The position numbers and the translations under genes are program-made. This document shows positions 26,483 to 36,048 of a stretch of DNA of 50,355 nt, piece after piece (position 1 is the stretch's first letter; the number at the start of each line of letters is the position of its first letter). This DNA is from a virus, in IMG/VR virus record IMGVR_UViG_3300045988_089750; one strand, written 5' to 3'. A model generated the notes under the pieces. The model was not told where the DNA came from and did no database searches. It saw only the letters and a list, made by a program, of their open reading frames with translations.

Positions 26483-27967
26483 CTAAAGAGTCGGTTCGTT
26501 CTGATAATAGCTATTTTCCCGGTCTTCTTCGTTAATTATAGCCTTTTCTTCTTCGTCCACGTTATCCGCCCATCCCAAACGCTGAATAGTGGCGCGTCGG
26601 CTTGCAATCTGTTTGTTTCCGTTTGCTGATGTAAGAATGTTTATCTTACTAAGTTCGTCTTCGATGATGTAAGGTACTATTTCGGGTTCTATTATTAAAT
26701 TGTCGCAAGCCTTAGACCATTCCAAATGCGCTTGTTTGAAAAAGGCTTTTAGTACGTTTACCCTTCGCTGCAAATAGTCTGAAAATATTTCGCTTTTATC
26801 CTGCACCTTTAAATGTGCGTCCATGAAAAGGAGTTGTAAGGCTACGCCGGAAATAGCACCTATTCCTTTGACAGTATCAAACGAAATGTCGGGCGTTTGC
26901 GTAATGGTGTAAATCATGCGCAGGAGTGTTTCTATTTCCAGCTTAACACTTTCGGGCGCGTTTTGCCATGCCAAATATTGCGCGGTAGCCCCGTTTTCCC
27001 CTTCAATGATAGCCCCGGCTTCCCCTTTCCGGGCAAATCCTATAACCTTTCCTTGTACGAAAATCTTAGGGCTGGCGTGGTAGTCGTTCGTGTCGGCGAA
27101 GTTGGAAAGCAACTTTTCCAATCGGTCTATAAGGCTTTGAACGTCTTCCCATTCTACTTGTGGCTGGCAGGCATAAATAACGGGTATCTTTCCTATTGTT
27201 AATTCTTTCGGGAAGCCTTCTACCAGAGTCCAATTTTTACCCGCTACTTCCCCGTCCAAACCGTCGCAACACCATAAATAGTGTTTGTCTTTCGTATAGG
27301 TTTCAAAGTAGGTACGTGTAATCATATCCCGGTCTTTGCGCGTAAATTGGCGACTAAACGCAACCATATCGCGCGTGTCGTCAAAGTAGGGGTAAAGCCT
27401 ATCGCCAAACATCGAGCTGAATATGGCTACCTTAAATTTTTTCGTAGTTTTGAAGCCGTAGATTTCGTGTTCAGGCACTTCTACCGGATACCAAAGTTCG
27501 GCTACTTCTGTCGTGCTGTAAAGGCTTCGCGCTATCCGTCTGTTAAGTGTCTTTTCCTTAACGTCGTGGAAGGCTCGGTTTATAGCTTTCAAAAGAGCTT
27601 TTTCGTCTTCCCCTTCCGGGTTACTTCCATAAGTAACCGGGTTTCCGAACGTAAAAGCTACGGCGCGTTTTACTATCAACTTTTGAATAGCCAATGCTAT
27701 ACGCGCTACGGGTTCTATTCTAAACCCTTGTTCCGTAGTCTGTTCTACGTTCGGGTTCACGTTTTTGACTTCGCCGTATTCGTCGCTGTCCTTATCAATT
27801 ACTACAAGTTTGTCCGGTCGCTTTTGCGCGTCATTTATATCGTGCTGCTTCGGGTCGTACTGCGCGACGTGTTCCTTTGTGTTCGGTTCCACACTCAAAC
27901 GTCCGTTTCTCAATTCACTAACGACTTTGCTAATGTCTTCGCTTTGTAATAGTTCTTCTATTGTCAT
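26483..27967 (-). CDS. Portal protein (SPP1 gp6-like)
   Basis: 494 aa between the large terminase and the MuF gene, the canonical order. Size and composition are typical. Confidence 0.8.
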   Translation of the reverse strand: MTIEELLQSEDISKVVSELRNGRLSVEPNTKEHVAQYDPKQHDINDAQKRPDKLVVIDKDSDEYGEVKNVNPNVEQTTEQGFRIEPVARIALAIQKLIVKRAVAFTFGNPVTYGSNPEGEDEKALLKAINRAFHDVKEKTLNRRIARSLYSTTEVAELWYPVEVPEHEIYGFKTTKKFKVAIFSSMFGDRLYPYFDDTRDMVAFSRQFTRKDRDMITRTYFETYTKDKHYLWCCDGLDGEVAGKNWTLVEGFPKELTIGKIPVIYACQPQVEWEDVQSLIDRLEKLLSNFADTNDYHASPKIFVQGKVIGFARKGEAGAIIEGENGATAQYLAWQNAPESVKLEIETLLRMIYTITQTPDISFDTVKGIGAISGVALQLLFMDAHLKVQDKSEIFSDYLQRRVNVLKAFFKQAHLEWSKACDNLIIEPEIVPYIIEDELSKINILTSANGNKQIASRRATIQRLGWADNVDEEEKAIINEEDRENSYYQNEPTL

Positions 27968-27984
27968 AGCTGTAAATATTTAAG

Positions 27985-29448
27985 TTATCGAAATATTCTA
28001 TTAAGTTTTTGGGGTTGGCTTCCGCGTTTCTCTATCGTTCCCGTCAATGCGTCCGGCGCGTCGTCGTGTGCGTTCTTTCCGGTCTTCTTGTATTGTGTTA
28101 TCGCTTTATAGAACTGTGGGAAAAGATGTTCCCAACCTTTCGGGAAGTAAGTAAGGTTCTGCACTTCTGCCGAGTGGTTGAATATGCGCACTTCCTTGTT
28201 TTCTGATTGGTGGAACCACGTAAAGGAAGTTTCCCGGTTGCCTAATATGCGGCATTGCGCTTCAACGTTCCGGGAGAAGCCGCGCCCGCCATTGTTGCTT
28301 TCTATTATGGCTTCTTCTACCTTATACTTGGTAAGCCTGCGCGCTGTTTCCGGTTCGGTTGTTTCCATTGCTGCCTGTGTGTAGTACACGTCAATAATGA
28401 AGTTTCCTATTTCCGTTTCAAGGTAGATAATACAGCAAAGAAAGTCCGCGCCCGTATCTGCCGTATCTATGTAGGCTTTGACCTTTCGCTTCCGGGTAAC
28501 GGGCTGTACCTCGTAGGTCTTAAATTCGCGTTCGTACATAAGCCCGGTTAATGGTGTCGGGTTCTGCATGTACTGGGTATCAAAAACGTAAACGTTCTTC
28601 TCACGAAGGTTATATAGTTCTTGTAGCGTATGTTTGAACTCCCATAACGCGTGTTCTTTTCCGTCTTCGCCCGTTTCTATCACCGGAAGGCTTAATACCG
28701 TCCATTCGTCCGGTTCAAGGCGTTGCAAATAGCCGCAAAGGTCGTCTTCATCCAACCTTTGCATAATAATTATTATCGGGGTCTTGCGGCTGTTTACGCG
28801 GTTTCGTATCGTTGTTTCAAACTTGTTGTTTACTTTCTCGCGGACTTGTGCGCTACGTGCGTCGTCCGGCTTTATGGGGTCGTCTATAATAATTGCGCCG
28901 CCGAAGCCGTCAGCGTTCAACCCATCAAGTTCTTCAACTTCTTTTGCCAATTCGTCGTTTTCTTCTTCATCAACCAACCCCGCGCCGAAGCCCGTAACCT
29001 GCCCAGCGGAAGAAACGGCATACAAGCCGCCGCCCTCGGTCGTGTACCACTTCTTTGTATTGGTGGAAGTCGGTATAGTAGCCGGGAAAATGCGTCTGTA
29101 TTCCGGTTCGTTTATAATGTCCTGCACGCCGCGCGAATTGTCGCGGGCTAAGTCGTCGGAATAGGAAAGATGAATAAACTTAGCCTTCGGGTTTATAGCC
29201 AACCCTTCCGCTATGAAGTTCTTAACCGCTAATTCAGTCTTTCCGTATCGCGGTGCAATGTTTATGATAAGGCGCGTAATTTCCCCACAAAGCACTTTAT
29301 CAAGCGCGGCAGCTATTTCCCTATGATGTTTGCCTATAACAAACTTTCGCTTCTGCCTAATCTTGAAGAAGTACCGCGTAAAGTTTAACGTTCCCTGCAA
29401 AACAAAGGTACGTATTACGTCTATATCCCTTATCCCTTTAGCACTCAC
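27985..29448 (-). CDS. terL: Terminase large subunit
   Basis: Walker A-like NIAPRYGKTE and a Walker B-like IIIDDP are present. The C-terminal nuclease end has HDDAPDALTG. Confidence 0.9.
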   Translation of the reverse strand: MSAKGIRDIDVIRTFVLQGTLNFTRYFFKIRQKRKFVIGKHHREIAAALDKVLCGEITRLIINIAPRYGKTELAVKNFIAEGLAINPKAKFIHLSYSDDLARDNSRGVQDIINEPEYRRIFPATIPTSTNTKKWYTTEGGGLYAVSSAGQVTGFGAGLVDEEENDELAKEVEELDGLNADGFGGAIIIDDPIKPDDARSAQVREKVNNKFETTIRNRVNSRKTPIIIIMQRLDEDDLCGYLQRLEPDEWTVLSLPVIETGEDGKEHALWEFKHTLQELYNLREKNVYVFDTQYMQNPTPLTGLMYEREFKTYEVQPVTRKRKVKAYIDTADTGADFLCCIIYLETEIGNFIIDVYYTQAAMETTEPETARRLTKYKVEEAIIESNNGGRGFSRNVEAQCRILGNRETSFTWFHQSENKEVRIFNHSAEVQNLTYFPKGWEHLFPQFYKAITQYKKTGKNAHDDAPDALTGTIEKRGSQPQKLNRIFR

Positions 29449-29995
29449 TATCCAACTTTTTAAATAGTTCCTTAGCTTCTTCTTTCGTCAATGTACGGGC
29501 GGGCGGTATAAGGTCTTTGCCGTCCTTCCCGGTAACTTCCGCGTTTTGTCGGTTGCGCCAGCGTTCCGGTTCTGCGTTGGTAAGCGTGAATATTATCGCC
29601 GCTGTGTCCGGCTGGAAATGCTTATCTACTGTTTTTTGCTCCTTTATACGCGGTATTTCCTTCCCGTTTACATCGAACTTTCCGCTTCCTACGGTTACTA
29701 TGTGCTTTTCCTGCACCGTATAGCCTTGTATCTTTTTTAAAAGGCTTCGTTTTGCTTCTGTGGCAAAGAAGGCTAAACGTTTATCTTCTGCCTTTTCTAA
29801 TGCTTCGCAAAACTCGCTTTTATCATTCTTCCAACGGTAGAAGGTCGCTTCGTCAATGCCAACGGCGCGGCAAAGTTCCGGTACGCTGTAAGTGTCCTTT
29901 GCTACAAGTTCACAAATACGCTCTACTATTTTGGGCGTGTATTTGGTCTTTCTGCCTTTCTTTGCCGTATTATTATTACCTTCTTTAGATTTCAT
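29438..29995 (-). CDS. terS: Terminase small subunit
   Basis: N-terminal HTH (VPELCRAVGIDEATFYRWKND). It lies immediately upstream of terL and overlaps it. Confidence 0.75.
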   Translation of the reverse strand: MKSKEGNNNTAKKGRKTKYTPKIVERICELVAKDTYSVPELCRAVGIDEATFYRWKNDKSEFCEALEKAEDKRLAFFATEAKRSLLKKIQGYTVQEKHIVTVGSGKFDVNGKEIPRIKEQKTVDKHFQPDTAAIIFTLTNAEPERWRNRQNAEVTGKDGKDLIPPARTLTKEEAKELFKKLDSEC

Positions 29996-30006
29996 GGCTT
30001 ACGTTG

Positions 30007-31563
30007 TTATTGTGGTAATTCGTCGCTTATATGAAGTTCCCCGAAATCTTCTTTAATGTTTTTCGGGTCGCCTTTGTAGAATACTAATACATCATCATGC
30101 AGGTTGCTATTTTCCCGGCTCTTGTTGAATATTTCCAATGCTTTTTTAACCTGCAATTCTTCAAAACTATCTATTGTTTCTTCTACGCTGCCTTTACAGA
30201 AGACTAACACGTTTTGATGAACCTTTCCTACCTTGCGCGTACCGTTAAACTGCCGCCGCACCCTTATTGCAAGGCTGGTTATTTGGTTTACAAGGATAAG
30301 GGAATTGTAATAATGAAGACCGCACCCTGTAAACGCTTCTATTGTGTGGCTTACAAAGTTTCTGTAAATGCCCTTCTTATCCCGTATATCCCCGACGACA
30401 AAAACCGCGAAACGGTTATTCTTCAACCGGGAGCAGGATTGTTTTATAATACGTTTGTACGTTTCAATGAATTGCGCATAGTCCATGTTTGAAATATCGC
30501 GCGGATCATTGCTATATACTTCCAAATCCGCGTAGGGTGGGCAGGAGAAAATCATATCGAAATCGCCACTTATCCCATTCGTGCTAAGAACGTCTTCAAG
30601 CTGGGAACTATCGCCTACCGTCCATTGGGGAAAGAATGGGTAGCTTATGCCTAACACTTCTTCCGCGTTTGCTTTGTTGGCTTTAATTTGGGCTTCGCTT
30701 AAATCATTGCCGACGTAAGGCATGTTCAACTTTGCCGCTACTATACCGCGAACGCTGCCCCCAGCGAACGGGTCTAATATCCGCCCGCCTTCAATGTTGA
30801 ACCAACGGTAAGAAAGTTCGGTTAATACCGGGTCGAATATGCTTGTAGTAGTCATTGTTTTAAGCCCTAAACGCTCCATTTCCGCTATCACTTCTTCCGT
30901 CTGTGGTTCTCTGCCTAAAGTTTCGCGTAATGCGTTCTTGGTATCGTAAAATATTGGCGGTTGCGCTGTCTTTGCAAAAGTCAAATCTTCGCTTCTACCT
31001 TTGTCGCTTTTTATGCCTATTTCCAGCCATGCCCGGCGGCGTTCCTGCCATTCGGCGGTACGGGTATTCAATACAGAAAACGGCGGCAAAATAAAGTCGT
31101 CTTTAAGGCGTTTAAGTTGTTTTTCCGGATTTTCATCCCCTTCGCTGTCTTCCCCAAAATCTACCGGAACGCCCCATGCTTCGTTATCTATACCGAAGTC
31201 TTCTTTTGCCTTAGCTATGGCTTCTTCGTCCCAATCAAGATTAGCGGCGGCTGTCGCGTTGTCTGCTAACGCAAGTTCGCGCCCTTCCTTTGTATCTAAG
31301 TCTATATCGTTGCGCTTTACGGCTACAAGTTCGTTTCCGGTTGTTTCGACTATAATAACATCTTCCATGCCTGCACTTGCAAAGCCTTCGGTAGTCTTGT
31401 TTCCGGCTATAATCTTGTTGTTTTTGTCGAGCAGGATTGAACGCCCCGCGCCGAATGTGCGCAGGCTTTTTTCTATCATGCTTTGTCCGAACTGCGTACC
31501 TTTGTTGAAATTCAAGTCGTCCGGTATAAGGTCTTCTATTTTTGTCTTTTTAATCTTTGCCAT
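30007..31563 (-). CDS. ParB-like nuclease domain / DNA methyltransferase fusion
   Basis: N-terminal ParB-type region (IEDLIPDDLNFNKG ... AGNKTTEG). The C-terminal methyltransferase has motif I (ILDPFAGGSVRG) and motif IV (SCPPY). Confidence 0.8.
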   Translation of the reverse strand: MAKIKKTKIEDLIPDDLNFNKGTQFGQSMIEKSLRTFGAGRSILLDKNNKIIAGNKTTEGFASAGMEDVIIVETTGNELVAVKRNDIDLDTKEGRELALADNATAAANLDWDEEAIAKAKEDFGIDNEAWGVPVDFGEDSEGDENPEKQLKRLKDDFILPPFSVLNTRTAEWQERRRAWLEIGIKSDKGRSEDLTFAKTAQPPIFYDTKNALRETLGREPQTEEVIAEMERLGLKTMTTTSIFDPVLTELSYRWFNIEGGRILDPFAGGSVRGIVAAKLNMPYVGNDLSEAQIKANKANAEEVLGISYPFFPQWTVGDSSQLEDVLSTNGISGDFDMIFSCPPYADLEVYSNDPRDISNMDYAQFIETYKRIIKQSCSRLKNNRFAVFVVGDIRDKKGIYRNFVSHTIEAFTGCGLHYYNSLILVNQITSLAIRVRRQFNGTRKVGKVHQNVLVFCKGSVEETIDSFEELQVKKALEIFNKSRENSNLHDDVLVFYKGDPKNIKEDFGELHISDELPQ

Positions 31564-31577
31564 ATTAAATCGTTTTT

Positions 31578-31605
31578 AATAAAAAAGGGCGTGGTCTTTT
31601 ACGCC
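31578..31605 (-). terminator. Rho-independent terminator
   Basis: On the minus strand: GGCGT-aaaagacc-ACGCC followed by CTTTTTTATT. Confidence 0.6.
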
Positions 31606-31740
31606 GCGCCCCGCTTCGGCTCTTAGCCGTTGCTATCAGCTATATGATGCTTTTGTAAAGCCTGAATAAACAAACCAACAACGGCGGTAACGCGACCCGA
31701 CGAACAATCCCCGTTATTGCCCTCGTTTTGGTTTTGCTGC

Positions 31741-31781
31741 AAAAATAAAAGGTTTAGCGTATTAAAGTGATACGCTAAACC
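31741..31781 (-). terminator. Rho-independent terminator at the end of the early operon (contains palindrome site 31758..31774)
   Basis: 11-bp stem GGTTTAGCGTA (31751..31761) / TACGCTAAACC (31771..31781), followed on the minus strand by TTTTATTTTT. Confidence 0.7.
31758..31774. promoter_or_regulatory. 17-bp palindrome site 5 (CGTATTA-AAG-TGATACG)
   Basis: Forms the core of the terminator hairpin 31751..31781. Identical to site 8. Confidence 0.55.
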
Positions 31782-31811
31782 CTAAAATACTTCGCCAAAA
31801 CTTCACGCTCC

Positions 31812-32228
31812 CTACTTTTTCGGGAATAAGTAACTTATTACTTCTTTTCTGAAATCATCGAAAGAACGGCAAATAACATACTTGTTTCCGGCGGCTTCCG
31901 CTGCCTTCTGCCATTGCTTTTGTGTTTCGCGCTGTGTACTGCCCTTTTCTTCGGTCTTGAACTCAATACAAAGGGAAGCAAAGCCGCCCGAAGGTTTTAA
32001 CAGTATCATGTCGGCTACCCCGGCAGTAACACCTTCGCCCTTCAATATCCCGGCTTCCCGTTTGTTCCGCGCTCCGCCGTTGGGTACTGCAAAAAGTAGT
32101 AATCCAATTTCCGGGAACTGCAAACGGAACCATTTAACGCAACTTTGTTGTATTTGGCTTTCTATATGCCTTGACTTTTTCCGGGTAATAGTCTTGTTGG
32201 CTATCGTCTTCATTTCCTCAAATGTCAT
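31812..32228 (-). CDS. VRR-NUC domain nuclease
   Basis: ESQIQQSCVKWFRLQFP...LFAVPNGG...GVADMILL...IEFKTEEKGSTQRETQKQW matches the VRR-NUC pattern. The start is set at ATG 32228 (MTFEEMK); the ORF track extends to 32321. Confidence 0.75.
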   Translation of the reverse strand: MTFEEMKTIANKTITRKKSRHIESQIQQSCVKWFRLQFPEIGLLLFAVPNGGARNKREAGILKGEGVTAGVADMILLKPSGGFASLCIEFKTEEKGSTQRETQKQWQKAAEAAGNKYVICRSFDDFRKEVISYLFPKK

Positions 32229-32574
32229 TTCCCGCCGCTTTTTTGTTAGCCTTTTCCGCTGCTTTTCGGGCGCGTTCCCGCTGGTTAAGGAAAACAACCC
32301 GTCGGGCGGCTTCAAAAACAATGTTTGCCACTACATCGCGTTGCCCGCGTGGTAGTCGGCTTTCCTTGTTGGTTATCTTCGGGAACTCCGAAAGGATGAA
32401 GGAAAGCGAAAGGTTGCCTTCTTCCATCAACCGGATAACCGGGGAAGATTTTAACTGTGCCCCGACTATCTGTACATTTCTGCGGGCTTCTCTTGTTTCT
32501 GTTATAATGTTTTCTACCTGCGTATTGAACTTCTTATCTTCCAATATACGCGCGTCAATCTCCACATTAACCAT
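32218..32574 (-). CDS. Hypothetical protein
   Basis: 118-aa ORF in the early operon. Confidence 0.5.
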   Translation of the reverse strand: MVNVEIDARILEDKKFNTQVENIITETREARRNVQIVGAQLKSSPVIRLMEEGNLSLSFILSEFPKITNKESRLPRGQRDVVANIVFEAARRVVFLNQRERARKAAEKANKKAAGNDI

Positions 32575-32578
32575 AATG

Positions 32579-32755
32579 CTAATTTTTATTTTTACGTTTT
32601 ACATCAATCCAAGCCGTCACTATTGCGCTGGCAAAATTTACTATGCTGACTACTACAAGTATTCTTGTAAGCCAATCTATTTTTGCTTCGTGAGCCAACA
32701 AGCAAGCAATAAGCGAAAGCCAAAATGTTATTTCCTCAAATTGGTAACTTTTCAT
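32579..32755 (-). CDS. Small membrane protein (58 aa, below ORF-track cutoff)
   Basis: Hand-translated as MKSYQFEEITFWLSLIACLLAHEAKIDWLTRILVVVSIVNFASAIVTAWIDVKRKNKN, with two hydrophobic helices. It fills an otherwise empty gap in the operon. Confidence 0.4.
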   Translation of the reverse strand: MKSYQFEEITFWLSLIACLLAHEAKIDWLTRILVVVSIVNFASAIVTAWIDVKRKNKN

Positions 32756-32845
32756 CGAATAGCCTTTAATCGTTACTACTACGGTTTAATAAATCTTCGT
32801 CAAAAGCCCCAAAAAGCGAAGTTTGCCGGGCTTTTTCATTCTCGC

Positions 32846-32995
32846 TTAGAGTTGTTTTACCCGCTTTATTTCCGTGTCTATTTCAGCTTCTAATTGCTTC
32901 GAACTACTTAGCGCGGAAGGTGCGCGGAAACGGAAGTATTCTTTTTGTGCCTTCCGCATCTCTACAACTTTGTCGTAAAACTCCTTAGGGGGCAT
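32846..32995 (-). CDS. Small hypothetical protein (49 aa, below ORF-track cutoff)
   Basis: Hand-translated as MPPKEFYDKVVEMRKAQKEYFRFRAPSALSSSKQLEAEIDTEIKRVKQL. Its ATG (32995) lies 2 nt downstream of the upstream stop codon (TGA-at-ATG). Confidence 0.4.
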   Translation of the reverse strand: MPPKEFYDKVVEMRKAQKEYFRFRAPSALSSSKQLEAEIDTEIKRVKQL

Positions 32996-32997
32996 AT

Positions 32998-33204
32998 TCA
33001 TTGAATTTGTTTGTAACTAAATGTAGGCAATTTAAGACGTTTACATTCTTTTATGTAATTTCTATCTATTGTAATAATATCATGCAAAATTATTTTCTTT
33101 AGTGCTTTCTTTTCCTTTCTTGGAAGCCTTATTAGCTTTTTATATCCGTAAACACTACCTACAATATTCCACATTCTGTAATTTACATTAAATTCCTCGT
33201 TCAT
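32998..33204 (-). CDS. Hypothetical protein
   Basis: 68-aa ORF in the early operon. Confidence 0.45.
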   Translation of the reverse strand: MNEEFNVNYRMWNIVGSVYGYKKLIRLPRKEKKALKKIILHDIITIDRNYIKECKRLKLPTFSYKQIQ

Positions 33205-33213
33205 AATTGTTTA

Positions 33214-33483
33214 TTATTTCTGATTATAACTATGCTGTGAAAATAAATTTTGTTGTATTCCCTTCTTCGCGGTTCTTGCGTAAATTGTGCATTTGTCCCG
33301 ATAGGCGCAAGTCCCTAACTTGGCTTCGTTAAATCGTTGCTCCCAAAGTTCCTCATAGGCTTCCGTTCCCGGTTCTGCTTCTGTGTTTAGGAAGGCTAAC
33401 AACTTCATGCAGAAAAAGCCGCGTTCTTTGGTCTTTTCGCCGTATATCTCTACCAAACCGTTACCGTTTACTTTCATTTCCAT
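33214..33483 (-). CDS. Hypothetical protein
   Basis: 89-aa ORF in the early operon. Confidence 0.5.
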   Translation of the reverse strand: MEMKVNGNGLVEIYGEKTKERGFFCMKLLAFLNTEAEPGTEAYEELWEQRFNEAKLGTCAYRDKCTIYARTAKKGIQQNLFSQHSYNQK

Positions 33484-33986
33484 GCTATTTTTTGTTCCAC
33501 CTTTGTTCTTAATCTCGCTTCTGCATCGGCTACGTTCTTTCTCGCACGCTCCAGCTTTTTCCGAACTTTAACTAACTGCATATCGTTGGCTTCGTCAAAG
33601 AACAAATTACTTTTGTTTGCTTCTATATAGTCTTTTATCCTATTTTCTTGCAAGGTTATTCGCCCCTTCAATGTGGTTAGTCTTGATAAATCGGAATTAA
33701 AGCCGTATGTTTCTCCGCTTGTTTTATCGTAAAAAGACAATGTTTCATATATATGCGCTCGCGGGTCTGCACATGTTAATTTAGCTATGCGCCAATTTAC
33801 AACCCACCGCCACCGCTGTAAAATTTCGCGGGGTAGGTCGTAACGGTGTAATACAACTTCTTCGCCGTTTACTTTCTTGCAAATGCAAATCACGCAATAC
33901 ACCCTTACGCCTAATTCCCGTTCTGCCTTTGCGTATGCTTTTACAATTTCTTCCCAACTTTCGCCGATACCTTTTTCTTGTGCCAT
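33474..33986 (-). CDS. Hypothetical protein
   Basis: 170-aa ORF in the early operon. Confidence 0.55.
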   Translation of the reverse strand: MAQEKGIGESWEEIVKAYAKAERELGVRVYCVICICKKVNGEEVVLHRYDLPREILQRWRWVVNWRIAKLTCADPRAHIYETLSFYDKTSGETYGFNSDLSRLTTLKGRITLQENRIKDYIEANKSNLFFDEANDMQLVKVRKKLERARKNVADAEARLRTKVEQKIAWK

Positions 33987-33989
33987 AAG

Positions 33990-34442
33990 CTAATATCTGA
34001 ACGTTGTAAATTGAATAATAGCAAAGGTTAGCGCGTTTTCCTGCGCTTTATCGAATACCGGAATAAACCATGCTGCAAATTCCGAAGGTGTCAGCCCATC
34101 GTTACGCGCCAAATCTTTCAACTTAACCGGATGTCCTTCAACTTCTGCGACGAAGTTTAAGCCGTTCCTTCGTAATATCAAAGGTTGAACCGTACACATG
34201 TTAGCTGGAACTTCTAAAATACCTTCCTGCGAGCTTCTATACGGTTTATCTGCCCATTGGCGTAGGCATAACGTACCGTTTTTTTCTTGCAAGGCAGCTA
34301 TTTTATTCTTCCAATACTCGTAATTGCATCGGCATGTGTGCCGCTTTTGACCGTTAAGAACCTTTGCCTTAAAATCGGTTGCTTCGCCTGCCCGGAAATG
34401 TGCCGGGAAGAACTTCTTACTTAATAATACTACTGCTTTCAT
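33990..34442 (-). CDS. Hypothetical protein
   Basis: 150-aa ORF. A weak resemblance to ASCH-like beta-barrel proteins cannot be confirmed. Confidence 0.5.
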   Translation of the reverse strand: MKAVVLLSKKFFPAHFRAGEATDFKAKVLNGQKRHTCRCNYEYWKNKIAALQEKNGTLCLRQWADKPYRSSQEGILEVPANMCTVQPLILRRNGLNFVAEVEGHPVKLKDLARNDGLTPSEFAAWFIPVFDKAQENALTFAIIQFTTFRY

Positions 34443-34704
34443 TATCGGTCTGTTGGGTTGCGTCGGGCTGTATGAATAAATCCGACTTGTTTATAGTTAT
34501 AAAAATGGGTTGCAACGGTTGGTTGAAGGTTAGAAGGCTTACCCATAATTCGCCCGTTTCGGCTATTTTTTTTCGTTCCGCTTCGTCTAATTCAAAACAG
34601 AAAATAGCCTGCCCTTCTTTCGTCTTATGTGCTGGTAATGGCTTGTATTCGGGTTGTCCCTCACCGTAAACTACGTTTGCTTCTTGAAATTTTTTTGGTT
34701 TCAT
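34417..34704 (-). CDS. Hypothetical protein
   Basis: 95-aa ORF in the early operon. Confidence 0.5.
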   Translation of the reverse strand: MKPKKFQEANVVYGEGQPEYKPLPAHKTKEGQAIFCFELDEAERKKIAETGELWVSLLTFNQPLQPIFITINKSDLFIQPDATQQTDNESSSIIK

Positions 34705-34736
34705 TGTCTTACTACTTTTAAAGTTTGTATAGTTCT

Positions 34737-35090
34737 TTATTTTTCTTGTTTTTCAGAATGGGTTGATATATATTTCTGTTCTGTTTTCATCAATATATCA
34801 ACCAAATTATGTTCTTCAAGAAAATGCGCCTTATCTTCATCTGTAGAGCATGAATGGAACTGACTTAAATAACCTTGTGTCGTCGCTTTTAAAATAGTCT
34901 GTAAATCATTGTTTTCCCAACAATATGGGCAAACGTAGAACACCCCGTATTTATCGGTAATGTCTATATGTTCATGACCGCAAACCGACCAAGGCAAATT
35001 ACAAATCCCGCAACAACTTTCAGAACGGTAAATTTGCTTATAGGCTGAAACGACAAAAGGCAATCTTTTTATTTCTTCTTTTCTATTCAT
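34737..35090 (-). CDS. Cys-rich (zinc-finger-like) hypothetical protein
   Basis: CCGICNLPWSVCGHEH ... CPYCW cysteine/histidine clusters. Confidence 0.5.
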   Translation of the reverse strand: MNRKEEIKRLPFVVSAYKQIYRSESCCGICNLPWSVCGHEHIDITDKYGVFYVCPYCWENNDLQTILKATTQGYLSQFHSCSTDEDKAHFLEEHNLVDILMKTEQKYISTHSEKQEK

Positions 35091-35111
35091 TTTTCTGTTA
35101 GCTGAATGTTT

Positions 35112-35540
35112 TTAAAAAGGAAGATCATCTTTTTCGTTTTCTGGTGGAAACGGCGACGCACTTCCCGCCGGGGTATAGGTTGGCGGCGTGCTGGTAGTAG
35201 CCGGCTGTTGCTGCTCGTTTTGTGTTTCCTGCTTACTGCCTAATAGTTGAAGTTCACGCACAAGGCAATTAACGCCCGCTTGTACTCCGTTCCCGGAATT
35301 GAATGTTTTAACGGAAAGGCTACCGCGTACATATACCTGCGTACCTTTCTTCAAATAAGTTACTACGGAACTTTCACCGGGTTTCAAGCAGCTAACCCAC
35401 GTTGTACGGCTGTGCTGGTTGCCCTGCCCGTCTTTATAGCGTTCTGTACTCGCAACGTTGAAAGCAATAAACTTTTGCCCGTTGAACTCTTTAATTTCTG
35501 CATCGTTGCCGATGTTTCCTATTACTGTTACTGCTAACAT
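35112..35540 (-). CDS. ssb: Single-stranded DNA-binding protein
   Basis: OB-fold N-terminus (VTVIGNIGNDAEIK...TTWVSC), a Gln/Pro-rich linker and the canonical acidic tip DDLPF. Confidence 0.9.
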   Translation of the reverse strand: MLAVTVIGNIGNDAEIKEFNGQKFIAFNVASTERYKDGQGNQHSRTTWVSCLKPGESSVVTYLKKGTQVYVRGSLSVKTFNSGNGVQAGVNCLVRELQLLGSKQETQNEQQQPATTSTPPTYTPAGSASPFPPENEKDDLPF

Positions 35541-35755
35541 AAATGTTTAATTTTATGGTTAATATATTCTTTCCATTCCGGGGTTATAACGTCCATCACG
35601 TCTTTACCCGGATTCCTTTCTTTCCAAATTCGCGCTTCCCTTACCATTTCGTCCGCCACTTCGGTAGGGGTTCTTAGCCCGGTTACGTCCATCAAAAAGG
35701 TACAATCCGGTATAGGTACTATTTCTTTTATGAAATCAAATGTCAGTTGCTCCAT
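35534..35755 (-). CDS. Hypothetical protein
   Basis: 73-aa ORF in the early operon. Confidence 0.5.
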   Translation of the reverse strand: MEQLTFDFIKEIVPIPDCTFLMDVTGLRTPTEVADEMVREARIWKERNPGKDVMDVITPEWKEYINHKIKHLC

Positions 35756-35766
35756 GCTGTCTTTGC

Positions 35767-36021
35767 TTATCCTATTGCGCTATGATAGGCTACGTGTATC
35801 ACGTCGTACTGCTTTCCTACTATCGCAAATTGAAAATTACTATCTGCGTTCGGTTGAACGTTGGGAATGCTTATAAATTCGTAAGTGTACCCTTCAACGG
35901 TATAGGCTGCTATTTCCCGGTTGCTTTTGGCGAAGGATGTTAAGCTGCTTACCAATAGCTTATAATAGTCTTCTCCGAAAGCCTTTATTAGCTTGCTCTT
36001 ATTTCTTAATGCAAATCTCAT
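35767..36021 (-). CDS. Hypothetical protein
   Basis: 84-aa ORF in the early operon. Confidence 0.5.
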   Translation of the reverse strand: MRFALRNKSKLIKAFGEDYYKLLVSSLTSFAKSNREIAAYTVEGYTYEFISIPNVQPNADSNFQFAIVGKQYDVIHVAYHSAIG

Positions 36022-36031
36022 AGCGAAAAAC

Positions 36032-36048
36032 CGTCTTATTTTAATACG
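36032..36048. promoter_or_regulatory. 17-bp palindrome site 6 (CGTCTTA-TTT-TAATACG, 1 mismatch)
   Basis: Overlaps the stop of 36036..36644, 10 bp upstream of ATG 36021. Confidence 0.5.

Noticed and set aside
27281-27949. 222-aa plus-strand ORF antisense to the portal gene
   Set aside because: It is fully inside the portal ORF, with a Phe/Arg/Val-rich composition and no independent signals.
31001-31579. 192-aa plus-strand ORF antisense to the ParB-methyltransferase gene
   Set aside because: It is a Ser-rich shadow ORF. The minus-strand gene has clear catalytic motifs.
31606-31740. Possible small RNA between the two minus-strand terminators upstream of the ParB-methyltransferase gene
   Set aside because: I found no convincing promoter (only a TATTTTTG that is part of the terminator T-tract and has no -33 element) and no clear structure. 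It is left as unexplained spacer.
32222-32893. 223-aa plus-strand ORF spanning several early genes
   Set aside because: It runs antisense across three to four compact minus-strand genes, including the motif-supported VRR-NUC start region. Its composition is low-complexity.
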